From NCBI RefSeq assembly GCF_009914755.1, contig NC_060942.1: DNA of 64,000 bases; one strand, 5' to 3'. Shown one piece after another: positions 43,797 through 56,424 of this stretch. The notes below the pieces were generated by a model. That model was not told the DNA's origin, made no database searches, and saw only the letters and a list, made by a program, of their open reading frames with translations. The DNA comes from the human T2T-CHM13v2.0 reference genome, Homo sapiens. A program made the position numbers and the translations under genes. The stretch's first letter is position 1, and every line of letters starts with the position of its first letter.

Positions 43797-44708
43797 CAGG
43801 GGTCCCCGGCCCCCAGGTCACTGACAGGTACCAGTCCATTGCCTGTTAAGAACTGGGCCACACAGCAAGAGGCGAGGAGCAGGCAAGGCAGAAAAACTTC
43901 ATCTGTACTTACAGCTGCTCCTGATCCCTCACATTACTGCCTGAGCTCTGCCTTCTGTCAGATCAGCAGGCGACAATAGATTCTCCTAGGAGCACTGATG
44001 CGGTTTGGCTCATCAAACCATATCTCACCAAAGATCTTACCTGGAATTGTAATCCACAGGTGTCGGGGGAGTGGCCTGCTGGGAGGGGATTAGGTGATTG
44101 AATCATTTGGGTGGACTTCCTCCTTGCTGTTCTCCTAACAGTGAGTGAGTTCCCATGAGATCTGGTTGTTTGAAAGTGTGTGGCACTTCCCCCTTCGCTC
44201 TCTCTCCTGCCGCCGTGTGAAGAAGGTCCTTGCTTCCCCTTCGCCTTCTACCATGATTGTAAGTTTCCTGAGGCCTCCCAGTCATGCTTCCTGTTAATCC
44301 TATGGAACTGTGAGTCAAACCTCTTTTCTTCATAAATTACCCAGTCTCAAGTAGTTCTTTATAGCAGTGTGAGAACGGACTAATTCAAGGGCCAACCCTG
44401 TTGTGGACTGTGCATGTGAGGGATCTAGGTTGCTTACAGCTTATAAGAAACCAATGTCTGACGATCTGTCACTGTTTCCCATCACCCCCAAATGGGACCG
44501 TCTAGTTGCAGGAAAACAAGCTCAGGGCTTCCACTGATTCTACAGTATGATGAGTTGTATAATTGTTTCATTATTTATTACAATGTAATAATAATAGAAA
44601 TAAAGTGGACAATTAAAACCATCCTCCTTCCACCCCTTGCCCCCCATTTGTGGAAAAAGTGTCTTCCACGAAACCGTTCTCTGGTGCCAAAAAGGTTGGG
44701 GACCACTG
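43797..44708 (+). mobile_element. MER1A (hAT-Charlie) split by an LTR
   Basis: TIRs 'caggggtcccc' / 'ggggaccactg' and 8-bp TSD 'tcttaga(g/a)'. Confidence 0.93.
43996..44387 (+). mobile_element. THE1D/MSTA solo LTR nested in MER1A
   Basis: 'tgatgcggtttggct...ctttatagcagtgtgagaacggactaattca' with degraded 5-bp TSD agcac/agggc. Confidence 0.92.
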
Positions 44709-47537
44709 TCTTAGAAACATGAAAGCAATATCTATGTGATAGGGCTTCCAATTACTTGTGTCCCAACTTGATGTTACCAGGGGCCTAAGGAAAAACATAT
44801 TCAGTAAAAATAAATGCATGTTAAGCAGGAATATGAGCAGATTCATAGTTTTGTTCTTCTGTGTTTTATGCCTTTTTTAAAGAGCAAATATTTGGAATTT
44901 GGCAAAATGAAAATTTATCTGAGAACTAAATTTGATTATTATCCGTAATTACTGTAATTTTGGAATCATGTATTTGAAAATGATGTGATGTCAGACAGCT
45001 CAGCTTCTCATTCCATGTTACAGTCTCTCCAACATCATGCTTGGTGGTAGTGTGATTTAATCACCAAAATATTTGGAAATGCAGATAAGGTTTCCTCAGA
45101 CCAAGTCCTTTAATATTGGATCTTGATCCTTACTTTCCAGTTGTGTAGGGTTATGAGGAATGACGTGATCTGTAATATCCTCTCCATTTCCCAAATCTCA
45201 GACTTTATATGAGCAATGACAAAATCATTCCTAAGTGGGAAAGGTTGAAAGAGTAATTTGGCAAATGACACAGTTACTCTAGGTTGTGTTTATTGTAGTA
45301 TAATATTTCAGTGATATTTTTAAATGGAAGGCAGAATAGCTGAGGTAATTTTTCAATTATAATAATTATAACAACAATATTGATGATGAGTTTTTTTGTA
45401 AATATGTAATGTTTCTATTGTACTCTTTTAGTACACAAAATGTTATCAGGTGTTGTTTTTATTGTTGCTGGTTTAAAAAGTAAAAACTTTCCATACTCAA
45501 GGTGCAAAGAAATCACCTCAGAAGGTGACATTTCACTAATGACTCCTCTAAGAAATCGACAAAGATGGATGTGGTACCTTTATTGATGGCCCCTGAGAAA
45601 CATGGTACTTTCAAAATGACATTATAGCTACACACAAAAAAAGCTGTGTTTGCTTTTGCTTACAGGAAAGAATGTTACATACCTTAATTACATAGTGCAT
45701 ATTTTATCTTAGTTTATAAATTCTCACTTGTCTTCTATTTAAACATAGAGAGTTAATTATGCTATTTACTAAGATCTAATAACTTCAACATTATGACTTA
45801 ATATTATGCAACACCTTACCTGAGAGAATCTCAATGAAACTTACACACGCTTTACTAATGAAATCTTGCCACTCCCTTGTGGATGGGGTTCAGTTTCAAG
45901 GCTTTGTGTTTATAAAATGTGTAGAGAGATGTGAGTAAAATATGTATGGAAGTGTCAAGCCAAGAAATCCAAAATTTGAAATACAATTCAATCTCTATTG
46001 CTAATATATTGACACTTACTTAATGTGAAATATTTTTCTTGTAGGAAACAATCTCAGGGCTTTTCTATTCCCATAAAGAGAACTGATCATTAAATAACTG
46101 AAATTCTGTTGTGCTTCCTTGAGGGCAGATTCAGTTTGCCATCTTCAGGTGTGTCATCTCACTTTATTTTCCCCAATGCTCATTTTGAAACCAAGGGTGG
46201 CTTCAGGGCTCTTGAGTCTCTCAGAGCTTCATTCTGGACCAAGTTCTCTGGGAAATAAGTAAAATTAATACTTTTCTGCTTAGTCTTCCCCTACATAGGA
46301 GATATAAGCCTAGTAACTGATTTCAAAGGTTCTCCTCAACTATAAATTTCAATCAGGTTCAGAAGCTCATGGTTTTGGACTCCTTTATGAAGTACTTAAC
46401 AGCCTAAATAAGACCATTTATAAAGCAGGGGTAATAGATGATAGTCATCTAGCAAAGTTGGGGTTAGTCATCCTAGTGGTTCATAAAATTGGAAATTTTC
46501 ATCAAAAGAAGCTATAGTCATTTTAAGGCAGAAAATGAAGTGATCTGTGTATTCTTCAAATCAAAATTATTTTGGATTATGTATCATACCCAAACATATG
46601 TATATCAAGTGATATTGACTTGATTTTCTTTCTGAACAAAAGCTTACATGGGAACGTGCCCCTGTTTTACTCTACTCTTAATGGAGGGTCTCCCCCTACT
46701 TTAGCTTTGAGCTTAATATCTATTTATCTATGATACTAAAATTATTTTTTAAAATAAGTAATTAAAAGACATATATAAAATAGATTATTAATAATTTTTT
46801 CTATACCAAATAAAAGGCAACACAAATTACATAAGAGAAGCAATTATTTCAAAATATTTGATACATAACTTTTCTTTCTCACTCATTAAAATCATATTAG
46901 AAAGTTTCTATGCACAGCCAGTTGGATTCAAGTACCTCCTCTATTGCATTGGCATTGCTTTGTGGTGGGTAGAAATCAATTCTTATATGCTTGCTACTTG
47001 ACTTTCACTCTAGAAAACTGTTTCTTATATTAGGTTTTGATACCATTTGACTGAGAAGCCCATGAACCTTTAGACTTAATAGTGCAAGTTGTATTAAATA
47101 GGATACAAATCTTGATGGCTGGTAGATAGAAGATTTGGTATTCTGCAGCAAAAAAGAATTAAGTCTAACAATCCCATCATTACTTCAGAAGAAATTCTTT
47201 TCAAGTGAAATAATGAAAAAGAAGTCATTCTATTATTGCATGACTTAGAAATGGCTTTTAAGACTGTTTATCTAGTCTGTCTATGTCTTACTTCATTTTT
47301 TTCCTAAAGAGACTGAAGCAATTTATGGAAACAGACAGACATCTGTAACTTGATAAACCTCTGTATTGTTAACCTTGATCTTGAAGAAATTAAAGCCTGA
47401 ACCAGTAGTTTGCAAAGGGAAACTTCTTGTGTGTGTGGTGGTTATATTGATTGTACACATTTCACTTTTTATAAACCTTATTTTATTTCTTACTTGAATC
47501 TGTGAAAGAGGCAAAGCTAAAATAGTGAAGGCAGACA

Positions 47538-47550
47538 GTTAATCATTACT
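47538..47550. promoter_or_regulatory. HNF1-type palindromic motif
   Basis: GTTAATCATTACT versus consensus GTTAATNATTAAC. Motif match only. Confidence 0.3.
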
Positions 47551-49889
47551 GCTGACAACAAGCTTTTACCTTTCAGTCTTATCAAATGGAATACGGACGA
47601 AAACCAAACCAAAACACAGTATTATCCTCTCTGTGGAGTATCAGTGCATTAATCACATCTGGATGAGAAACACTGGTTGGATCAATAAGGCATTTTCCCA
47701 CATTTCCATCCTGGCCACAAAGACTCCAATTTCCACTTTAGCTATTAATTGATTCAAAATGTCTGAAATTGTACTGTATTATAAGGAAGTCACCCCATTA
47801 ATCCTGTCTTTCCTTTTAAACTCTCAACTGCTCTTGGTAACTTCTATTCTTCAAGACAAATTTATGATTGTGTTCATATTTTCCTTCTCTTTTATCTCAT
47901 CTTTAAAGTAGCATCTATCCCTCTCATGATTATTTAAAGTATTTGCAATCAAGTCTTTAGCATATGAGAAAATTGTTTTTCAACCTTTCGGTAGGAATTA
48001 TATTCAACATATTACTTCATTTTTTTTCTTGTTATATTTTTAGATGCCTGATTATGCACTATTTGTCCCACTCTTTTGCCTATGTCCCTGGTAGAATAAG
48101 TCTCTATAACCAAGCATTTAGATGAAATGAATTTTACTCTTCACCCACAACCTTCAGATTCATCTTCACCAACTCCCTTGAGGACTCTCAGCACACCTCA
48201 CCTTTGGCATGGACCTTTAAATTGAAAAATATAAAATGCCAACGCTCTGTTTTAGATATGTGAGCTGGGAGTGTTCATAGTTAGGCCATAGCAACCAATA
48301 TCTTCTTCATTTCCTGGTGGTGCTCATGGACATTTCCATTTGTCTATGGGATTGAAGGATACTCTGGGGTCTTTGCTCATCTTTGCATTTCACCAGTGCC
48401 CAGCCCATTCCTGTGGTAATAGATGCGATATTGATTTTTTTTAAAAAATAAATTGAAAGAGCTGTGTGTGTGTGTGGGGTGGGGGGCATCTTTTTCCATC
48501 TTCAACACTTACAGATAACATGATGAAATTATACCTTACTGGCCATTTTGAGTTGTACATTGTGAAGTGTGAGCTGGAAATCTGTGTATGTTAATATTTC
48601 ATTCTGCAGTTCTAAGTTACGTGGTGAATTTAGAAGGAAATCACATCACTGCATACCCACCTACAATGGTATTTATTAAGAATACACAGTACTAAAAATT
48701 CACTCTAGGAAACAGAAGAAGGGGTGATAAATATTGTATGTGTGCATTTTTATGTGTTACATGTGACCTCGAGGGAATTGTTTCCCATACTTTCATTTTC
48801 CTGCCTAAATCTAAACTTCCTTGACCTTCTTGCATCTAGGGTCAGAGACTGGACACTGTAAGTTTGATGATGGTGAATGACCTTAATTCTGTCAGTGTTG
48901 GATGACCCCTTGACTCTGTGGCAGATCAGTTGTCCATCATTTTACACATATTGTTTGGATTCCTTTGTCCTTTAGATTTTATGATGACATATCTGAAATC
49001 TATAGTTTGCCATGCCTCGTTGATTTTACTTGGGTGCCTTCTGGGTTGTCTCCTTGTACATAGTTTAAGATTTCTTAACTCCTCCAGTCATCTCTGAACC
49101 CAAAATAAACCCTTATCAGTATGTGTATTTTTGGCAGGAGCAAAATTACTTGAAGCAAATGCTCTTTTTTCAATAAAAGATTTGACTTATATTTTTGATA
49201 AATATAATTTCTTTTTAAATTTATGAAATGTACCTTTAGGAGGTCACACAATTTTAACTGCAAAATCTTCTAATTTCTCTTCAACTTGATGAAATACTGG
49301 ATGAAAAACATTGGCAAAAATCTCCAATTTATTTTGAATCCACAGGATAATATCAAAAAATAACTACTTGCCAATTCCACTAAATTAATATATTTAAGTT
49401 TTTTATTTGATATCTTGGAATTTTTACTAATTAGCACAAGGCTTGGCATAGTAAATGGTATTAATGCGAGCATGATAGACTATTTATATTTTACTATATT
49501 TCTTCCTCTAACGAGGTAATATCTTTTGACTCTGAAAAGACAGAATTAGTTTAGACTATTCCTCTTTGAGCCTGTTTTATACCAAATAAGCAAATTAATA
49601 AATGCTTAAAATTATAAGACTTCAAAGAAAGGTGTTTTTATTTTACAAGGAAATATGGTTATTCACATAGCAAACTGACATCACTAGGTAGACTTTTATA
49701 CACAACTGCATGGAGTGATTATTATTGCTTTGAATAAGTATTTCTAGAAACATTTTAATAATTTAAAATTTTCTAAATTATTATTTAGAAACTCATGACA
49801 ACGGAACAAGTCAGTGTACTTATTATTTTAGTGAATAAAAAATCATTATTCTCCATTACTATTCATTCTTTATATGCTTACAAAATATG

Positions 49890-52800
49890 GTGGAGAGGAT
49901 AGGAGGTAGAACAAGATGGCTGAATAGCCTCCACCGGTCATCCTCCCTGCAGGAACACCAAATTGAACCACTATCCACAGAAAAAAAGCACTGTCATAAG
50001 AACCAAAAATCAGGTAAGCAATCACAGTATCTGGTTTCAACTTTCTATCACTGAAAGAGGCACTGAAGAGGGTAGGAAAGACACTTGAATTGCCAGTGCC
50101 ACCCCTCCCCATGTCCCAGTGGCAGCAGCTTGGGGCAGAGAAAGAATCTGTGCACTTAGCAGGGGGACAGAGCGGAGTGATTGTGGGACTTTGCATTGGA
50201 ATTCAGTGCTGCCCTGTCACAGTGCAACACCAGGCATAGCTCAGCCAGTGCCCATGGAGAGAGCAGTCCAAGGCAGAGGAGAATCATGCATCCCAGAGAT
50301 TACAACCTGAGTTCCAGCAAGCCTCACAACTGCAGGCCACAGTGCTCTGGATCCTAAATAAACTTGAAAGGCAGTCTAGGCCACAGAGACTGCAATTCCT
50401 GGGCAATCTAGGACATAGAGACTGCAATTCCTGGTCAAGTCCTGGTGCTGTCCTTGGCTAACACCCAGTGGACTTAGGGGGCACACAACACAGTGAGACA
50501 TCAGCTTGCATTGCCAAGGGAGTGCTGTGTCACTCCTTCCCCAACCCCAGGCACTACAGCTTGGAGCTTCAAGAGAGAATCCTTTCCTTTGCTTGAAGAG
50601 AGACAGGAAAGTGAAGAGGACTTTGTCTTGTATCTTGTATCCCAGCTTAGCCACAGTAGTATGGGGTGCCAGGCAGAGTCCCAAGGCCTCCATTTCAAGC
50701 CTTAGATGCTGGACAACATTTCTAGACATACCATAGACCATAAGGGAACCCATTGGCTTGAAGGAAAAGACCCAGTCCTGAAAGGATTCATTACCTGCTG
50801 ACTAAAGAATGAGCCCTTGGGTCCTGAATAATCATCAATGGTAGCCAGGCAGTACTCAACACAGGCCTTGGGTGAGACTCAGAGCATTGCTGGCTTCACA
50901 TGTGACCCAGCACATCCTCAGCTGTGGTGCTTGTGGGGAAAGACTCCTTCTAGTTGAGGAAAAGAGTAAAGGGGACTTTGTTTTGCACCCTAGGCCACAG
51001 TGTGATAGAGCACCAATCAGGTGCCTGGGGTCTCTTATTCCTGAACTTAGCTCCTGGATGGCATTCCTAGACCTGCCCTGGGCCAGAGGAGAGCCCATTT
51101 CTTTTAAGAGAGAGAATCAGGACTGGCAGAATTCACCACAAACTGACTGAAGAGACTTTGGGACTTAAGTGAATATTGATAGTAGCCAGGCAGTATTTGC
51201 TGCAGGCCTCAGTGGTGCTGGCCACAGGGAGAAACTCCTCTGCTTGTTCAAAGGACACGGAAGGGTAGGAAGGGCTTCATCTTGTGGATTGGGTCCAAGA
51301 TCGGCTGCAGTAGAATAGAGTACCAGATTGGTTCCTAAGTTTTCCAAATCCAGGCCCTGGCTCGCAGGTGGGACCTCTGGACCCACCTGGGACCAGGGAA
51401 ATCTTGTCACCCTGAAGGGAAGGACACAAGCCTGGCCAGCTTCACCACATGCTGATTTTACAACACTTGGGTCTTTCATGAACATGGGTGGTTTTCAGGC
51501 AGGCTTTGGGTGAGGCCCAGTGCTGTGCTGGCTTCAGGCCTGACCCAGCACAGTCCCACTGGTGGTGGCCACAGTGGTGCTTGTGTCACCCCTTCCCCAG
51601 CTCCAGGCAGCTCAGCACACAAAGAGGGATTCCCATTTATTTGGAAAAAGAAAGGGAAGAGAACAAGAGTCTCTGCCTGATAATCTAGAGAATTGTTCTG
51701 GATTTCATCCAAGACCACCAAGGTGGTACTTCAATAAGCCTGCAAGGGCCGCAGTGATATTGGGCTTGGAGTGTCCCTTAATGCAGATATGGCTACAGTG
51801 ACCAATGACTTATATCACAACATTCAAGTCCCTTTGAATACCTGGAAAGCCTTACTAAGAAGGATGGGTACAAACAAGCCCAGACTGCAAAGACTACAAT
51901 AAATATCTAACTCTTCAATGCTCAAACACTGATGAACATCCACAGGATCAAGACCATCTAGCAAAACATGTCCTCACAAGATGAACTAAGTAAGGCACCA
52001 GGGACCAATCATGGAGAGACAGAGATATGTATCCATTCAGACAGAGAATTCAAAATAGCTATTTTGAGAAAACTCAATGAAATTCAATATAACACAGAGA
52101 AGAAATTCAGAATCCTATCAGAGAAATCTAACCAAGAGATTGAAATAATTAAAAAGAATCAAGTAGAAATTCTGAAGTTGAAAAATGCATTTGACACACT
52201 GAAGAATGCATCAGAGTCTTTTAATAGTAAAATTGATCTAGCAGAATAAAGAATTAGCTGAAGACAAGCTATTTGAAAACACACATTCAGAGGAGACAAA
52301 AGAAAAAAGAATGAAGCAGACTGAAGCATACCTACATGACCTAAAAAATAGCCTCAAAAGGGCCAATCTAAGTTATTGGTCTTAAAGAGGTGGTAAAGAG
52401 AGACGGGGTATAAATTTCATCCAAAGGGATAATAACAAATAACTTCACAAGCCTAGAGAAAAGTATCAATATTCTAATACTAGGAGGTTATAGAAAGCCA
52501 GCACATTTAACCCGAATAAGACTACTGCAAGACATTTAATAACAAAATACCCAAAGGTCAAGGGAAAGAAAGGATCCTAAAAGCAGCAAAACAAAAGAAA
52601 CAAATAACATAATGGAGCTCCAATATGTCTAGCAGCAGACTTCTTAATGAAAACTTTACAGGACAGGAGAGAATGGCATGACATATGTAGGTGCTGAAGG
52701 AAAGAAACCTTTTATTCTAGAACAGTATATTCAATGAAAATATTATTTAAATATGAAGTAGAAATAAAGACTTCCTCAGACAAACAAAAGCTGAGGGATT

Positions 52801-55800
52801 TCATCAACACCATACCTCTACTACAAGAAATGCTAAAAAGGAATTCCCCAGTTCTAAAGAAAAGGACATTATTGGGCAATAAGAAATCATGTGAGGGTAC
52901 AAAACTCATTGGTAATAGTAAATAAATAGAAAATAAATAGAAAAACACAGAATATTATAACACGGTAATTGTGCTGTATAAACTACTCATATCTTGAGTA
53001 GAAAGACTAAAAGATGAACTGATTGAAACTAATAACTACAAAAACTTTTAAAGAAATAGTACAATGACATATAAATAACAAAGTTATTTTAACAGGTTAA
53101 ATTACAAAGTTATTTTAACAAGTTAAATAAAAAAGTTATTTTAACAAAGTTAAAACACAGAATGATAAAGTTAAAGGGTAGAGTTTTTGTAAGTTGTCTC
53201 TTTGCTTGTTTGTTAGTTTTTGTTTATATGTTCAGTGTTAAGTTTTCATCCGTTTAACAGGATATAAGATATTATTTGCAGGGCTCATGGTAACCTCAAA
53301 TAAAAAGACATATAACAGATACACAAAAAAATAAAAAGCAAGAAATTGAAACATATCACCAGAGAAAAATCACCTTAACTAAAAGGAAGACAGAAAGGAA
53401 GAAAAGAAGGAAGAGAACACAACAAAACAATCAGAAAAACAAATAAAAACATGCAGGAGTAAGTCCTTACTTACTAATAATAACATTAAATGTAAATGGA
53501 CTAAACTTTCCAATCAAAAGGCATGGAGTGGCTGAATGGATTTAAAAAACAAGACCCAATTATATGTTGCCTTTAAGAAACACACTACATGTATAACTAC
53601 ATACATACGCTGAAAATAAAGAGATGGAAAAAGGTATTCCATACAAATGAAAAACAAAAAAGAGCAATAGTTGCTATACTTATATCAGACAAAACAGATT
53701 TTGACTATTATACTATAGACAACTACAAGACAAACCAAACTATATTATAGTTGTTTATAATATATAGCAACTACATTATTATATAATAGTATAACATATA
53801 ATATATGGAGAGTACATTATATTACTGTAGTCATCTATTACAGACAAAAATTGTAAAAAGAGACAAAGAAGGTAATTGTATAAAGGGATCAATTCAGCAA
53901 GAAGAAGTAGCAATTGTAAATATATGCAATTCAACATAGGAGTACCTAGATATATAAAGCAATTATTGTTAGAACTAAAGAGAGAGGTAGACCCCAGTAT
54001 AATAATTACTGGAGACTTCAACACCCCACTTTCAGCGTTGTACAGATCTTCCAGACAGAAAATCAACAAAGAAATATTGAACTTAATCTTCACTATAGAC
54101 AAAATGTGCCTAATAAATATTTACAGAACATTTTATCCAGTGGCTGCAGAATACATATTATTCTCCTTTGCACACAGATCATTCTCAAGGATAGACCATA
54201 TTTTAGGCCACAAAACCAGTTTTTAAAAATTCAAAAAAAAAATGAAATTATGTCAAGTATCTCCTCTGATCACAATTGAATGAAAATAGGAATTAGTAGC
54301 AAGAGGAATTTTGGAAACTATACAAACACATGGAAATTAAACAATATGCCCCTGAATGACTACTGGGTCAATGATAAAATCAAGAAGGAAATGGAAACAT
54401 TTCTTGAAACAAATGATGGTGAAAATACAGCATACCAAAACCAATATGATACATTGAATACAGTACTAAGAGAAATGTTTATCATGTTGTGTCTAAATCA
54501 AAAAGTAGAGAAACTTCAAATAAACAACCTAATGATGCATCTTAACTAGAAAAGCAAGAGCAAACCCAAGCCAAAATTAGTAGAAAAAAATAAAGATCAG
54601 AACAGAAATAAATGAAATTAAAATGAAGAAAACAATATAAAATATCAATGAAATAAAAAAAATTTTTTTTTAAAAAGATAAAATCAACAAACCTATAGCC
54701 AGGCTAACAAACAAAAAGAGAGAATATCCAAATAAATAAAATCAGAAATGAAAAGGGAAACATTACAAACAATACAACAGAAATTCAAAGGATCATTAGG
54801 GGCTACTATGAGAAACTATATGCCAATAAATTGAAAAACCTAGAAGAAATGAATAAATTCCTAAACACATTCAACCTATCAAGATTGAACCTTGAAGAAA
54901 TTCAAAACCTGAACAGTCCAATAACTAGTAATGAGGTCAATGCTGTAATAAAGAAATCTCCCAGAAAAGAAAAGCCTAAGACCTGATGGTTTCACTGCTG
55001 GATTTTACCAAACATTCAAAAAAGAATTAGTATCAATCCTACTCAAACTATTCCAAAAATAGAGGAAGAGGGATTACTTCCAAACTCATTCTACAAGGCC
55101 AGTATTACCCTGATACCAAAACCACACAAAGAAACACCAAAAAATAATCATAAAAACTAAAGGCCAATATCCCTGATGGACACTGATGCAAAAATCGTAA
55201 CAAAATATTAGCAATATGGATGAATCTGAAGGCCATTATCATAAGCATTTGCTTATTATTGTAAACAAATTATCAAAGGAACAGAAAATCAATTATCACA
55301 TGTTCTCACTTACAAGTAGGAGCTAAACATTGAGTACACGTGGAGAAAAAGAATGGAAGAATAGATGCTGAGGCCTATTTGAGAGTAGAGGGTAGGAGGA
55401 GGGTGAGGATAAAAAAACTGCTTATTGGGTACTATGCTCACTACCTGAGTGATGAAATAATTTGTACACAAAACCCCAGAAACATGAAATTTACCCATGT
55501 AATGAACATGAACATGTACCTCCTGAACCCAAAATAAAACATTGAAGAAAAAAATACTAATGAACCAAATTTAACAGCACATTACAAAGATCATTCATTA
55601 TCACTAAGTGGAATTTATCCCTAGGAGGCAAGAATGGTCCAACATATGCAAACCAATCAATGTGATGCATCATATCAACAGAATAAAGGAAGAAAACCAT
55701 ATAATCATTTCAATTTATGCTGAAAAAGCATTTGGTAAAATTCAACATCCCTTCATTGTAAAAACTGTCAAAAAAACAGTATGGAAGGAACGTACCTCAA

Positions 55801-56424
55801 CACAATAAAAGCCATACATGACAAACCCACAGCTAGTGTCATACTGAATGGGGAAAAATTGAAAGTCTTTCTTCTAAGATCTAGAACATGACAAGGATGC
55901 CAACTTTCACGACTGTTGTTCAGAATAGCCTTGGAAGTCCTAGTTTGAGCAACCAGACAAGAGAAAGAGGTTTAAAGACTCCACCAAAAAGGTAGTAGCA
56001 CTGATAAACAAATTCAATGAAGATGCAAGGTATGAAATCAACACAGAACAATCAGTGGCATTTCTATATGCCAATGGCAAATAATCTGAAATCAAGAAAG
56101 TAATACCATTTCAATAGCTACAAATAAAATAATATACTTAGGATTTAACTTGACCAAAGAAGTTAAAGATCTCTACAATACAAGCTAGAAAACATTGATG
56201 AAAGAAATTGAAGGGAAAACCCCAGAAATGGAAAGATATTCCATTTTCATGGATTGGAAGAAACACTGAACTTAATCTGCACTGTAGGCCAAATGGACCT
56301 AATAGAGAAGAATCAATATTGTTAAAATGTCCATATTACCCAAAGCAATTTATAGATTCAGCACAATCCCTATCAAAATACCAATGATGTTATTCACATA
56401 AATAGAAGAAACAATCCTAAAATT
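49890..56424 (+). mobile_element. Old L1 (L1M1 / L1MA2-3-like) with long repetitive 5'UTR, 3'-truncated
   Basis: 'caagatggctgaatag...cataagaaccaaaaatcagg', internal 5'UTR repeats, ORF1 ('DREFKIAILRKLNEIQ') and ORF2 EN ('GDFNTPLSAL', 'SRIDHILGHK'). Stops within ORF2. Confidence 0.92.
55215..55550 (+). mobile_element. L1PA15/16-like 3' end nested in L1MA ORF2
   Basis: 3'UTR 'gagggtgaggataaaaaaactgcttattgggtactatgctcactacctg' with degraded TSD aaaatattagcaa / aaaatactaatga. Confidence 0.88.

Noticed and set aside
45810-45835. YAG|GT recursive-splice-like sites (minus strand here; plus strand at ~3016, ~26072, ~57119)
   Set aside because: Weak pyrimidine tracts or donors, present on both strands, and expected by chance in 64 kb.
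48975-49000. C/D snoRNA-like boxes (ATGATGA...CTGA)
   Set aside because: The boxes are only about 5 nt apart, far too close for a snoRNA, and the region looks like an L2 remnant.
49740-49792. AT-rich hairpins (tttctaaat-tatt-atttagaaa)
   Set aside because: Short stems of almost only A/T, expected by chance at this composition.
50500-51750. 300-390-bp repeated units resembling an array
   Set aside because: They are degenerate internal repeats of the old L1M1-type 5'UTR, with no CRISPR-like repeat-spacer structure.
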